Source: Centroscyllium fabricii
Lineage: Eukaryota
Reading direction: 5' to 3'
NCBI GenBank assembly: GCA_051313645.2
Contig: JBNRSN020000006.1
Coordinates: 59,458,001 to 59,522,000, forward strand
DNA length: 64,000 bases
This document shows, piece by piece, positions 1-12,988 of the stretch (its first letter is position 1; each line of letters starts with the position of its first letter). The position numbers and the translations under genes are program-made. The notes under the pieces are model-generated. The model worked only from the letters and a program-made list of their open reading frames with translations. It had not been told where the DNA came from and did not search any database.

Positions 1-56
1 CTTGAAAAGACCTTGTCATGGTCAGTTTCACCCTTCGCATTTGACCGAGATGCCAG

Positions 57-334
57 TGTAGTGCATGCAGTCCTGAAGTACCATGCTAGACACAGTGAAA
101 TCGGATAACACTCATTTAATAGTTAACACTGCAAGGGCCAGGTAGCGAAGAGACTGAGCCACCTGGAACAAGCATATTTAAAGGGCCCGCGGTTGGTGAC
201 GTCACTGCCGGAAGTCCCGGTGACGTCATCACGCCGGAAGTTGCGGTGACGTCATCACGCCGCCCAGCGGGCGGGGCCGTGTCCCGCAGTACTCCCGAGG
301 CGGATTCGTTGGTCTTGGTGGGCGTGTCGCCACA
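57..334 (-). repeat. G1 3' LTR
   Basis: Direct repeat of 4199-4476; adjacent to the polypurine tract (minus strand GGGGGGGAGCTG). Confidence 0.95.
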
Positions 335-434
335 CAGCTCCCCCCCAGAATCTGTGAGGGTGAATAAGGTTAAAAATAAAAAAAGGGAGAACAAAGTAAA
401 AAAAAAAAAAAAAATGGAGCATAAAAGATGAGTC

Positions 435-3400
435 TCAGGCGAGGCGTTGAGGTGGCCGGATGATGCGGCCGGCCCATGTCGTGCGCTGCTCCTTGTTCTG
501 CGTAGGAGTGTGGGCGGGCTTTGGTGCGGTAGGGCGTCCGCGTTTTGGTGGCTGCGCGGGGACTGTTGTCTCGCCCGCCATTACATGTGCCGGTTTGAGC
601 CGGTCGATCGAGACAGTCTCAGTTCTGTTGCCCATTTTGATTTGGAATGTTTTAGGTCCCGCCCGAAGCACTCTGTACGGTCCATCGTACGGTGGCTGTA
701 GTGGTGTTCGATGTGCGTCGTGGCGGACAAACACATATTTGGCGTTCTTGATGCCATCTGGAACCCGTGCTGCCGGCTCTCCATGCCGGGCCACCGGGAG
801 TGGTTTGAACGCCCCTGCTTGATTGTTAAATTCCTTGAGGCAGCGGTCGGCTGACCAGGGGGAGTTGGTTTCTGCAACGAACTCGCCTGGTACGGTTAAG
901 GGTTGGCTGTAGAAGAGTTCAGCCGCTGAGGCGTGCAGGTCTTCCTTGGCCGCTGAGCGTAGGCCAAGCATTACCCAGGGCAGGCGGTCGGTCCAGGTTG
1001 CGTCCTTAAGACTGGCCCGCAGGGAAGCTTTGATGGAGCGGTGGAACCGTTCGCAGAGGCCATTGGCCTGTGGGTGGTAGGCGGTGGTTTGGTGCAGGAT
1101 TGCCCCGAGGTCGTGGGCAATGGTCGCCCATAGGGTTGAGGTAAATTGGGGGCCCCTGTCCAACGTGATGTCGGTGGGTACGCCGAAACGTGCGACCCAG
1201 GTGGCGATGAAGGCCCTGGCCAGGTCCGCGGTGGTGGTAGCGGTGAGTGGGACCGCTTCTGGCCAGCAGGTGCTGCGGTCGACCATTGTCATGACGTGTG
1301 TATGTCCCCGTGATGGCGGTAGTGGTCCGACCAGGTCGATGTGGACGTGGCTGAAGCGTCTAGCTGGGATGGCGATCGTTTCTAGTGGTGCCTTGATGTG
1401 CTTGGGCACCTCGGCGCGCTGGCAGGCAGTGCAGGCGTTGGTCCAGGCGCGGACATCCTTGCGCAGGCCGCGCCAAACGAAACGTGCCGAAATCAGCTTG
1501 GTGGACGCGCGGGCGCCGGGGTGGGACAGGTCATGGAGGGTCTGGAAGATGTGTCGCCTCCATGCGTGGGGGACGACGGGTCTGGGCTGCGGGAGGGAGA
1601 CATCGCAGCGGACCGCCGTGGCTGTGGGCCCGTGTGCTACGGTGGCCAAGTGCAGGCCGGGGAGGTTGGTAGCTGGGTCGAGCAGATCAGGGTCGGTCAG
1701 TTGGTCGGCCGCCATTTTGGCGTAGTCGACGGCCGTTTGTATGGAGTTGATGGTGGGGCGTGACAGGCAGTCAGCGACCATGCTGTCGCGGCCGACGATG
1801 TGCTGTATGTCGGTGGTAAACTCCGACACAGCCGCGAGCTGGCGCTGCTGCCTGGCCGACCAGGGTTCGGCGATCTTAGCCATTGCTGACACGAGTGGCT
1901 TGTGATCTACGAAGGCTGTAAAGTGGCGGCCCTCTAGGAGGAAGCGGAAGTGGCGCACTGCGAGGTAGAGAGCGAGTAGCTCCCTATCGAAGGCGCTGTA
2001 CTTGACCTCCGGGGGCCGGAGTTGCCGGCTGAAAAAGGCCAGGAGTTGCCTGTCCACTGCTCGTAGACTGCTCCGACTGCGCGGTCGGAGGCGTCGGTGG
2101 TGAGGGCCACTCTGGCGTTGGGCCTAGGGTGGGTTATAAAAATTAACCATCCCAAGGAATTCCTGCAGCCCCTTGATGGAGTGCGGGCGGAGGAATTCCT
2201 GGACCGCCTGCACCTTGGAGGGCAGGGGTATGGCCCCGGTCTGGGAAATACGGTGGCCGAGGAAGTCGATCGTCTCGAGGCCGAACCGACATTTGGAGGG
2301 GCTTAATATAAGGCCGTGTTCGACCAGGCGTTTGAACTGGGTCCTAAGATGGAGGAGGTGTTCCTGGGGGGAGGTGCTGGCCACGAGGATGTCGTCCAGG
2401 TAGACGAACGTGGACTGCAAGTCCCGTAGGACTGAGTCCATGAGGCGTTGGAAGGCCTGGGCCGCGTTTTTGAGTCCGAAGGGCATTCGGAGAAACTCGA
2501 AAAGGCCGGACGGGGTATTGACGGCTGTCTTAGGGACGTCCGCCGGGTGCACTGGTACCTGGTGGTAGCCCCGTACCAGGTCGATTTTTGAAAAAATCGT
2601 GCAGCCGGCTAGCCTTGCTGAGAAGTCTTGGATGTGGGGTACGGGGTACCTGTCTGGGGTGGTGGCGTTGTTGAGGCGGCGGTAGTCTCCGCAGGGGCGC
2701 CAGCCGCCGCCGGGTTTGGGGGCGATGTGGAGGGGAGAGGGCCAGGGGCTGCTGGAGCGGCGGATTATGCCGAGTTGCTCCATGATGTGGAACTCGGTGC
2801 GCGCGATCTCCAGCTTAGTCGGGTCCAGCCTGCGTGCGTGGGCGTGGACTGGGGGGCCTGTGGTGGTGATGTGATGCTCCACCCCATGCTTGGCCGTGCG
2901 GGCTGTGAAGGTGGAGTTGGTGAGGGCTGGGAACTCCGCGAGGAGTGTGCCGTACGAGTCGGAGTTCCGGGCTCGGCAGTGGGCTGCTGCGTGGGCCTGG
3001 TGTGCTGGCCCTGTGGAGCATGGGATGGTCGACATGTTATGGATGTCGACCAGGCGGCGCCGGGTTACGTCGACCAGTAGGCCGTGGGCGCAGAGAAAAT
3101 CAGCCCCGAGGAGGGGTAGTTTGACTTGGGCTGTGATGAAGTCCCACTGGTACGTGTGGCCTGCTAGCTTGATGGTGAGCTTGCGGGTGCTGAACGTAAC
3201 TATCTCGGAGCCATTTGCGGCTTCGAGTGGTGGGCCTTGGGTGCCTTGCTTGGTTTCTGCGGGGGAGGCTGGCACGATGCTGTGCTGCGCGCCTGTGTCG
3301 CAGAGGAAGCGGAGGCCTGAGCCGCTGTCTGTGACGAAGAGCAGTGCTCCAGAGCGGCCTACGGACATGGTGGGGCTTGGGCTGGTTTGGGGTTTGAAGG

Positions 3401-4100
3401 TGCAGGGCTGGACGCAGCGCTGCGCTATAGCTTCAAACCTGATGTGGTAGTAACACCAGCCGGGGCCTGTTGTGCGCGGCTTTTTGCGGGTGCGCACTGG
3501 CCTAGGATCAGACTTGGGGCCGGACCTGGGGTGCGCATAGTAGTGCTCCGGTGCCGCGGCCGTGTGCTCGCACAAGGCGGCTCGGGTGCGCTTGGCCCTC
3601 ATCAGCTTGTCGGCCTCCTCAGCCAGTTGCTCTTTAGTGTAGTGGTCGAGGATCGTCAGAGCCGGTCTGACGGAGGGAGGCAGTTTGAGGAGGAACAAGG
3701 CGCGCTTAATGGTGGCCGGGTCGCAATTGAGCGCTTCCATTTGGGCCCAGAGGACCGATGGGTCTGCGTCCCCGAGTTCGGGGAGGTTAATGAGCTGGCA
3801 GTCGCGCTCAAACTGTGTGGGGGTGAATTTCTTTAGCAGCGCGGCCTTAAGGAATTCGTACCTGCCAGCGGTTGGTTCGTGCTGTATCGATGACCACATT
3901 CGGTCGACCGTGGTCTGCAAAAGGGCCGCGAAGAGCAGGCTGTATCGATCGTCCCCCTGTACGCCATGGATGCGGTAGGTGTTCTCCGTGCTGAGGAACC
4001 AGGCCGCTGGACGTAGTTCCCAGAACTCTGGCAAGGTTGGTATTTGGCCGTAGTTCTGGCCCAGTCTGTGAAGTCGCGCTGTTTGGCTCCCTGCTGGCAT
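435..4100 (-). pseudogene. G1 gag-pol (Gag, aspartic protease, RT, RNase H, integrase), frameshifted with an internal deletion
   Basis: Gag FWELRPAAWF and CYYH..F...A..C..PC; protease FLCDTGAQ; RT FSKIDLVRGYHQ, MPFGLKNA, YLDDIL; RNase H TDASD; integrase HDLSHPG..C..C, HIDLVGP, DRGPQF, NGLCERFH, YDGPY. Split over ORFs 2124-4100, 1934-2155 and 435-2057. Confidence 0.95.
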
Positions 4101-4184
4101 GTTGGTTGGGAGTGTACTGAGGCAGCTTGTCCCTCAGTCCTGCAGCAACTGCTTCATTATGTTCCCTTGGAAGTCGTTCCAAGT

Positions 4185-4197
4185 ATCGAGGTCACCA
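4185..4197 (-). promoter_or_regulatory. G1 primer-binding site (tRNA-Trp-like)
   Basis: TGGTGACCTCGAT one base inside the 5' LTR; resembles the complement of the tRNA-Trp 3' end (TGGTGACCCCGAC). Confidence 0.8.
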
Positions 4198-4198
4198 C

Positions 4199-4476
4199 TG
4201 TAGTGCATGCAGTCCTGAAGTACCACGCTAGACACAGTGAAATCGGATAACACTCATTTAATAGTTAACACTGCAAGGGCCAGGTAGCGAAGATGCTGAG
4301 CCACCTGGAACAGGCATATTTAAAGGGCCCACGGTTGGTGACGTCACTGCCGGAAGTCCCAGTGACGTCATCACGCCGGAAGTCGCGGTGACGTCATCAC
4401 GCCGCCCGGCGGGCGGGGCCGTGTCCCGCAGTACTCCCGAGGCGGATTCGTTGGTCTTGGTGGGCGTGTCGCCACA
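4199..4476 (-). repeat. G1 5' LTR
   Basis: Direct repeat of 57-334, followed (minus strand) by the PBS. Confidence 0.95.
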
Positions 4477-4714
4477 CCAGTGTCATTCTCATCCCATGGA
4501 GGAATCTGGAGTAACAGGTAGTTTGCAGTTATATTGCAGCCAGTGCAACTACCTCCTTGAGCTCTCAAATGGACCTTGCAAGAATTTGATACGCATCCTT
4601 TTGTCAACTTCACTCCCCGCTGGTGTTGCAATTTTGTACCATATTCATTCATAAACTGCAGTACTGTTAAGATGCATAGGAGATAGTTGAAATGATCGCC
4701 ACAGTCTCTTGAAC

Positions 4715-4885
4715 CAAGGGACTTGGGTGCAGGCTTGGAAGAGGGAAGGTGCTAGGACAATTTAGATTTACCTACTTTACGATTGGGTTGGTGAATGTGT
4801 CGAACGGACTGCTCAGCAAGGTAGTGGAGGCAGACAATGTGGAAAGATCTAACAGAGAATCGGATAAACATTGCGGAAGTAGGTG
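4715..4885 (+). mobile_element. Old CR1 LINE 3' ORF2 remnant
   Basis: Degenerate match to the CR1 C-terminal motif (gtggtgaat.tgtggaac...gtagtggaggcaga...) seen in younger copies in this window. Confidence 0.5.
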
Positions 4886-4898
4886 AGTGAGAGATATT

Positions 4899-5655
4899 GG
4901 GTTGATTTTAACCCCTCTCCGCGCACAGGAAGGGAATGGCGTGTGGGAGGGTTTAAAATCAGCCAAGCCCACTTATCGGGCCGAGGTCTCTCTGTTCCTG
5001 TCTGGTGCCTGCAAGTGGGGGCCAAATTATAATGTCAAAGTCATGACCCGATGATGCCATCACCACCACAACGCTATTTTGATTGCCACTAATTGGAGGG
5101 GGATGGCCACCAGGTGGCAAGGCTACCAGAGAAACCCAGCAGACAACAGCAGAGTGGCCAGAAGAGGCCAAGGTAAGTTTAATTTTCTAGTATTCGGGCA
5201 GATTCCTTGGGAATCAGGCTCCTCCGGGCCCCAGAATGAATCTTTGAACCTCCCCAGCCCCTGTCTTCCATCTCCCTCTCCAGTGTATGAACACTCCCCC
5301 CCCCCCCCGCCAAATCCCCTCCACCCCCTGCCTTTATGCACATGCCAGGGTCCGTTGTCTTGGGCCCTCAGCGGAATCTGGCTCTCGCCTAAATTCCTGC
5401 TCCTGCCCGCGGGCCCTGATGTCATTTCCACCAGTTTTGGGCGGGAGCTAGATTTGAAATATTTAAAGGAGGCCCGGCCATTAAAACTGATCGGGCGTTG
5501 TATCCTTCATAAATTCATTGAGCATGGCCCACTTCGGGCCCCTCACACACCAATACTGCCCCGAGGAACCCGATTGTTTTTTTTTGTCTAACCAGATGGA
5601 CCACAGAGTCTTTTTCCATCCTGCACTTTGCCAGTTTCGTATATAAAACTGGGCC
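4899..5655. mobile_element. Harbinger-type MITE remnant
   Basis: Starts GGGTTGATTTTAA with an internal inverted copy (TTAAAATCAGCC) and ends TAAAACTGGGCC; same architecture as better-preserved GGG...CCC MITEs in the window. Confidence 0.45.
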
Positions 5656-6084
5656 ACTAAAGTTGAAGCTCTACAGAGACATGCTTTGGGCATTGTTGTG
5701 GCACAGAATGTTGGTGCTCCAAATTTCTGTGCTATTGATTTCTAAGATGAATGCTTATGACCATGAGTCTCCAGAAGAGTTTCCTGGTGTTAAGGCAAAA
5801 TTATCAAACAAATTATGGAAGGATTGAAAACCAAATTAGATCACCATTAGAAAAAAAATTCTGTTACCAGTCTTTACTAAGAAACAGTTAACGACCATTG
5901 CTGTTTTCTATCTGAGTGGTATAGGCTTGCGAGCTGTGGAACATATGGTTGGCACTCTTGCAACAGCTACAACATCATCTTGGTGGTAATGGCTAGCTTT
6001 GCTACTGATATTCAGACATGTTAGTCCTTGTAATGGAAAATCCTAACACTTTTTCCATTGGAAAAGTGAAGGCTGCATGATAAA

Positions 6085-6295
6085 TGAAGTCATAGGATTT
6101 TACAGTGCAGAAGGAGGCCGTTTGGCCCATCACACCAATCCTGGCTCTTTGAAAGAGCTGTTGACTTAGTACCATTCCCCATCGTGTTTCTGATAGAGCA
6201 TTCTCTATCTCAGTGACCCTCTGTGAGAAAGAAAAATTCTCCTAGCCTTTCGCTTTGTTCTTTTGTTAATGACCTTATATTTATGCCCTCCAGTT
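6085..6295 (-). mobile_element. Degraded CR1 3' end
   Basis: cataggattttacagtgcagaaggaggccgtttggccc matches the CR1 tail at 28785. Confidence 0.7.
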
Positions 6296-7924
6296 AGAGT
6301 GGCGGCATACAATTGTGCTGCAAATTCTCCAACATGCTGTAGATTGGAGCCCACAACCCACTGAGACAGAAGTGAGGTGAAAAGGCTAGCTCTGAGCCAA
6401 GCTGACACAATAGGAATTGGAATTGGAATAAGGAGTACAAGAGAAAATGTGTGTGGCCTTAATGCCAACAGCACAGCTGTCTTATATAGTGGGATGGAAA
6501 TTTGTATTGGGTGGTAGAGTAAAAGGGGCAGTCTCACACAGGCCTGCTCATTATATGCCCCGCAGGATATTCAATCCCTTTGCCTTCAATGGACGTGACT
6601 ATCAGGCAGGGTGTTTAGCTGTTGATCTATTCGATACCTCCCATTTCAAGACACTGCCAAAGATGAATTTCTACCCCAGTGTGTTAGTATGCCATATACA
6701 GGCATCTTGTGAGGGCAGTATACATGGTGTGTGTTACTTGTCGCATTTCAGGATCACAGAGAAAATTCAGTGCAATGGCAACAGTGCAGAGTGCTGCGGT
6801 AAAACATGAGCACGCCTGCGTATTTGGAAAGCAAGTGCACAGTTGCTGAAGAGCCATGGCCTGTTGCTGTGTTGCTGCACTATCGTATTATTGAAGTACT
6901 GTGAAAGTGCTTTGCAGGACACCATTATGCAAAGCATGAACACAGTAACCTTGGCAAAAATGCCTAGCTTAGCAAGTGTCTTCGTCATCCGCTCCCAGGT
7001 TCAGGCCATAGGTGTGGCAGCATTAGCCTTCTGGGGCCGATAGTACAGTGTTGGTGCTGTTCAAACACTGTGCCAATGCTCTGGCAGTCAGCGTGCAGCT
7101 CTTGGCATGTTGGGATGCCAGGGCTTGGACGTTGTGGCATCAGCAGTTTGTGAAGGGCTGCTGGATACCCATACTATGCAGGGTAATTTTCTGGCGTGGG
7201 AGAGGGACACCAGATACAGGGCAGGAGGACATGTAGGGCATGAGGCAAAGGTGGCATCGGGGATGGGGCCACTGGGCAGGAGTGCTAAGAATTTTTTTCA
7301 TGCTGGACTGCCCTTCGACACCCATTCCAAACGGGCACGATATGACTGGAGTACTCCGGCATACTAACCACATTATGGGATGGCCCCCTAATTTTAATAT
7401 TTTTTGAAGGGCTTAATGAGCATTGTGCGCAGCTTGTCTGTGGGCTCCCAGACTCATCCCACATTGGACGTGTTCAAAGTCTCCCAGCCTGATAACACAG
7501 AGACTGTAGCTCCGGTTATCTGACCCTCTCTGTTCCGTCCATCCAGGCTGCTCTGCTGCTGCTGCTCTTGACTGCAGGATGCCCTTCTCCTCATAAAATG
7601 ATCCACCCTTCTCTATATCAGAAGTTTGTGAAGGGCTGCATGCTCCCAACATGTCATCTGCAATAAAGAGTGGCAAATATTTATTTAAAAGAGGCATCCT
7701 TGCATGGCAGTGTGAGACCAGTTTAATGGAATGCAGCCACACATAGCACTTGAAGAGCAGAGGTCCCAGTGTTACTGCATCCAAATGTCATTATCTGCCC
7801 CACAATTAAATTGTGGGTTGCTGGAAATCTAGGGAGTAAGAAATGCCTTTTATGATGATATTTCACTATTCAAACCAGATTCAACTATTTGTTGTTGTTT
7901 CTTAAAAAGACGTGGGATTTACAT

Positions 7925-8371
7925 CATAGCGTCCCATCCAGGACAAAGCAGCCCACTTAATTGACACCCCATCCACCACCTTAAATATTCACTCCCTCCA
8001 CCACCGGCGTACTGTGGCTGCAGTGTGTCCCATCTACAAGAAGCACCGCAGCAACTCACCAAGGCTTTTTTGGCAGGAACTCTACCACCTAGAAGGACAA
8101 GGGCAGCAGACGCATGGGAACACCACCACCTCCAAGTTCCCCTCCAAGTCACACGCCATCCTGATTTGGAAATATATCGCCGTTCCTTCATCGTCGCTGG
8201 ATCAAAATCCTGGAACTCCCTCCCTAACAGCACTGTGGGAGTACCTTCACCACACGGACTGCAGCGGTTCAAGGCGGCAGCTCACCACCACCTTCTCAAG
8301 GACAATTAGGGATGGGCAATAATCGTTGGCCTTGCCAACGATGCCCACATCCCAGGAATGAGTTAAGAAAA
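7925..8371 (+). mobile_element. 5'-truncated CR1-group LINE 3' end (a family distinct from the main CR1)
   Basis: ORF2 C-terminal remnant (SFIVAGSKSWNSLPNSTVG...FKAAAHHHLLKDN) then the tail GGATGGGCAATAA...CCCACATCCC; the same tail ends the SINE at 46950-47347. Confidence 0.75.
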
Positions 8372-8738
8372 TGCCATTAAAATCTCCAAATAGCATACAA
8401 TTGACATATCGTCAATCAAGACACAAAGATGAATAGTTACCTCAACTAAAGGCTTTTATTAACTGTAAATGGAGCTAGTCTCCGGAGAAGGTTAAGACAG
8501 TGAATGAACGGGGGATGGTCCACAACCACCTATGTACTCCGACCTGAGGGGAGGAGTTAGAGGTGGGGCAGTTCCTGCCGTCAGGTATTTACAGATATAC
8601 AGGTATGTGACCAGTAATGCCGTCAGGTAATTACTGGTGTGGGCATTATATACAGATGGTAAATACACATTTACCACATTCACCCCTTCTTTAAAAATGA
8701 GTCCGGCGGGGTGAACGTGCGTTAACACAGTTGGCAAG

Positions 8739-11698
8739 TTAACATTCTGTGATCAGTCTCTCGGGTAGCCGTGTCTGCCTGAGGGACCGACGGGGTGCCG
8801 GTGATGGTGGTTCTGGTCGCGGGGTCGGGGTCGTGTTGTCTGCCAACGGTGGCAGTGGTGCGATGTCCGTCCTCTGTTCGTCGGCTGTTGATGTCGAGGG
8901 CCCCGGTGTGTCTGTGTATGGGGGCCAGTGTTCGGTGGCTGGTGGCTGGTGGAGCTGAGGCTCAGCTGGGGGTTCCGTGATCGTGGTCCTGGCAGGCGCC
9001 AGGTCCCTGATTGAGACCATGTCTTCGCGCCCGTCCGGGTATGCCACGTATGTATATTGCGGGTTGGCGTGGAGCAGGTGCACCCGTTCCACCAGGGGGT
9101 CCATCTTGTGGCTGCAGACATGCTTCCTAAGCAAGACTGGCCCCGGGGTGGTCAGCCACAGTGGGAGTGCTGTCCCTGAAGTCGATTTCCTGGGGAAGGA
9201 AAACAATTGTTCATGAGGTGTGGCATTGGTAGCGGTACACAGCAGAGAGCGGATGGAATGGAGCGCGTCGGGGAGGACCTCCTGCCAACGGGATACTGGA
9301 AGTCCTCTGGACTTCAGGGCCAGGGTGACCGCCTTCCAGATCGTCCCGTTCTCCCTTTCTACCAGGCCGTTCCCATGGGGGTTGTAACTGGTCGTTCTGC
9401 TCGAGGCAATCCCCTTCTGGAGCAGAAACTGACGCAGCTCGTCGCTCATGAACGACGACCCCCGGTCGCTGTGGATGTAGCTGGGGAGACCGAAAATGGC
9501 GAACAGCGTGGTGAAGTGTTTGATCACCGTTGCGCTCGTCATATCTGGGCAGGGGAAGGCAAAGGGGAAGCGGAAGAACTCGTCGATGGCAGTGAGGAAA
9601 TATGAGTTGCGGTCAGTGGAGGGGAGGGGACCTTTGAAGTCCACACTCAGGCGTTCGAAGGGGCGGGTGGCCTTGAGGATGTGTGCCCTGTCTGGCCTGT
9701 AAAATTGGGGTTTGCATTCTGCGCATACAGGGCACTCTTTTGTCATAGCCTTGATCTCCGAGATGGAGTAGGGGAGGCTACGGGACTTCACAAAGTGGGC
9801 GAGTCTGGTGACACCCGGGTGGCAGAGGCGATCGTGGAGGGCCTGCAGCCGGTCAAGCTGGGCACTGGTGCACGTTCCTCTGGACAATGCGTCCGGGGGT
9901 TCGTTGAGCTTACCTGGCCGGTAAAGAATGTCGTACTCGTATGTCGAGAGCTCGAACCGCCACCGAAGGATCTTATCATTCTTAATTTTACCCCGCTGTT
10001 TAGTGTTAAACGTCAACGCCACTGACTGTTGGTCGGTGAGTAGGGTAAATCTCTTACCAGCCAGGTAGTGGCGCCAGTAGCGCACTGCCACCACAATAGC
10101 CTGGGCCTCCTTTTCCACTGCAGAGTGGCGAATTTCGGGTCCCTGTAGGGTCCGGGAGAGGAACGCTACGGGCCTGCCCGCCTGGTTGAGGGTGGCGGCG
10201 AGGGCAAAGTCCGATGCGTCACTTTCCACCTGGAAGGGGTTGGACTCATCAACGGCGCGCATGGTTGCCTTGATGATGTCTTCCTTGATCTGGGCGAATG
10301 CCTTTTGGGCTTCTGCCGGGAGTGGGAAGACGTCGAACTTAAGGAGAGGTCTGGCCTTATCCGCATACTGGGGAACCCATTGTGCGTAATAGGAGAAAAA
10401 CCACAGGCATCTCTTCAGGGCTTTGAGATTGTGGGGTAAGGGCAGCTCCTGCAGGGGACGCATATGTTGGGGATCGGGGCCGAGGACCCCGTTTTCCACC
10501 ACATAGCCGAGGATGGCAAGCCGGTCTGTACTAAAGACGCACTTGTCCTTATTATACGTCAGGTTCAGCCGTTTGGCCGTGTGAAGGAATTTGGCGAGGT
10601 TGGCATCGTGGTCCTGCTGAACATGGCCGCAGATGGTCATGTTGTCCAGGTAGGGGAAAGTGGCCTGCAACTCGTTTTGGTCAACCATCCGGTCCATCTC
10701 CCGTTGGAAGACCGACACTCCATTGATCATGCCGAAGGGGCCCCGGAGGAAGTTTGCCTCGAAGGCGGTGTTCCGGCGTCGGAATTCCGGATGAGGAGCT
10801 GGTGATACGCCGAGTTGAGGTCAGTCGTGGAGAAGACCTTGTACTGGGCGATCTGGTTCACCATATCCGAGATGCGGGGGAGTGGGTAGGCGTCGAGCCC
10901 CGTGTAGCGGTTAATCATCTGGCTATAGTCTATGACCATGCGCAGTTTCTCGCCTGTCTTACCTACCATGACCTGGGCCCTCCAGGGGCTGGTGCTGGCC
11001 TCAATGATCCCTTCCTTTACAGGCGCTCGACCTCCGACCTGATAAACGGCAGGTCCCCTGCACTGTACCGCCGACTTTTGGTTGCAATGGGTTTGCACTT
11101 GGGGTCGAGGTTGGCGAACAGCGAGGGGGGGGTCGACTTTCAGTGTGGACAGGCCGCATGTCGAGCGCCGCGTTAGGTCGGGGCCGTCCCATCTACTGAC
11201 GGTGAGGGAGGCCAGGGACCCACCGTATTCCATCGTCATGCTCTTCAGGTGACACTGGAAATCCAGTCCCACTAATACTGGGGCGCACAGCAGCGGGTGA
11301 ACGTACAGCTTAAAATTACGGTAGGTGCGGTCCCTGATGGTGAGCGTGACGCAGCAGTAGCCGGTGATGTCCGCCGTGGGGGACATTGAGGCTAGGGAGA
11401 TTTGGTAAAGCGTGGGCTGGGTCTGCAGTGTGTAGCGCCGCACCGTGTCGGGGTGAATAATGCTCTCTGTGCTACCGGTGTTGAACAGGCAGTTAGTGGC
11501 ATGCCCCTCCACCTTGATCCCCATCATGGAGTTGGATAAGGCGTGCGGCCTGGCCTGATCGACTGTGGCTGTGGCCGATGTTGTGTGAGTGTGGGGGCCC
11601 TCCGCTAGCTGGGGCCCCGTCTGGGGTGAGTGGCAAGATGGCCGCTCTGAAGATGGTGGCGCTGGCGTTTCGCACGTGTCTGGCCGTTGTTGCGGCAA
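8739..11698 (-). pseudogene. G2 pol (protease, RT, RNase H, integrase), frameshifted
   Basis: Protease-like CLFNTGSTES; FSTTDLNSAYHQ; FPYLDNMTICG; VESDASDFA; HDRLCHPG..CPVC; SVDFKGPLP; HSDRGSSF; NGLVEREN. Confidence 0.93.
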
Positions 11699-12150
11699 AG
11701 GTGGCGGCGCCTGTGATTCACACGCGTCTGACCGCTGAGGGTAAGATGGCGGCTATGGCAAAGATGGCGGCGCAAGTGGTTCGCACGCGGCTGACCGCTG
11801 TGGGTAAGATGGCGGCGCCCGTGGTTCGCACACGGCTGACCGCTGAGGGTAAGATTACGGCTGCGGCAAAGATGGCGGCGCCCGTGGTTCGCACGCGGCT
11901 GACCGCTGTGGGCAAGATGGCGGCGACCGTGGTTCGCATGTGGCTGATCGCTGTGGGCAATATGGCGGCGCTGGTGGGTCGCACATGGCCGGCTGCAGTC
12001 GTGCTGAAAATGACAGCGCTGGTGGGTCGCACATGGCCGGCCGCAGTCACGCTGAAGATGGCGGCACCTGTGACGCGCACGCGGCCGGCCGCAGCCGTGA
12101 CTTTAAAGGGGATGGCGGCGCCCGCGATTTGCACCCGGCTGACCGCTGCT
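11620..12150. repeat. GC-rich 45-bp tandem repeat at the G2 gag-pol junction
   Basis: Unit about gtggttcgcacgcggctgaccgctgtgggtaagatggcggcgccc; duplicated at 13175-13545. Confidence 0.9.
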
Positions 12151-12988
12151 GGGTTGCGCTGCAGCACCGTACCTGTGGCCACAGAGTGGCATCGTTGGCT
12201 TCGCAGGCCGCGCTGTTGGGTCTTGCGGTCGGGCTGGATTTGCAGGCTTTCGCAAAATGTCCCTTCATCCCACACCTCGCGCAGGTCGCGTTCCTCGCGG
12301 GGCACAGCGCTCGCCGTTGTTTCGCCTGGCCGCAGAAGTAGCACTTGGGACCCGCCGGCGTCTTCGCAGCTGCCGCTGCTGTCGTTGGGTGTTCGGCCCG
12401 TATCTGCGGCGTCCAGAAGTTAGGTGGGCCCGCGTGAGAGTCATTGTCCCTGTAAGCGTCCATACGCTTGAGCGCTCCGTCCACCGCATTAGACAGCATG
12501 ATACCGGACTCGAGCGATAGAGTCTCTTGTTCCAGCAGCCATTGTCGGGCCTGGCTGGACCTGAGTCCTGCTACGTATGCATCGCGAACCAGGAGATTGG
12601 CCCCTTCCTCTGCCGTCGTTGCCTGGCAGTCGCAGGCCCGTACGAGGGCTTGGAGCGCTAACAAATATTCTTTGTTTGACTCACCCAGCCATTGCCTTCT
12701 GGTCACCAATATGTGTCTGGCGTAAACCGAGTGGACTGGGCGCATATAGCTGTCCTTCAGCTTCTTGGCATCTTCTTTATACGTCTTGATACCTCTGATG
12801 AAGGAATAGACCCGGCCACTGATCCTGGATGCCAGTACATGGAGTTTGTCCTCATCGCTGGTCGCTTTCACGGCCTTCATGTAGGCCTCGACACAGCTAA
12901 ACCAATGTTCGACATTGTTCGCAGCATCGGGCGCCTGAGGGTTGATATCAAGGCGGTCCGGTTTGACTGCGTTGCTCTTCATGTTCAA
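12047..12988 (-). pseudogene. G2 gag (full copy) with zinc knuckles
   Basis: KPDRLDINPQ...HW, ARHILVTRRQ..GES, RDAYVAGL, CYFCG...CPA...CARCGMKGHFAKAC. Confidence 0.9.

Larger units (their letters stand above)
57..4476 (-). mobile_element. G1: Ty3/Gypsy LTR retrotransposon (Mag-like), complete structure, degenerate
   Basis: 278-bp LTRs at 57-334 and 4199-4476 (TG...CA, about 8 mismatches); TSD CCAG at 53-56 and 4477-4480; PBS TGGTGACCTCGAT; PPT at 335-346; gag-PR-RT-RH-IN ORFs on the minus strand. Confidence 0.97.

Noticed and set aside
4480-4665. Minus-strand ORF faintly resembling an Ig-domain strand (LLLQIPPWDENDTG), interrupted by G1
   Set aside because: Lacks the Y-x-C motif, stops soon after the reconstructed junction, and has no recognisable homology.
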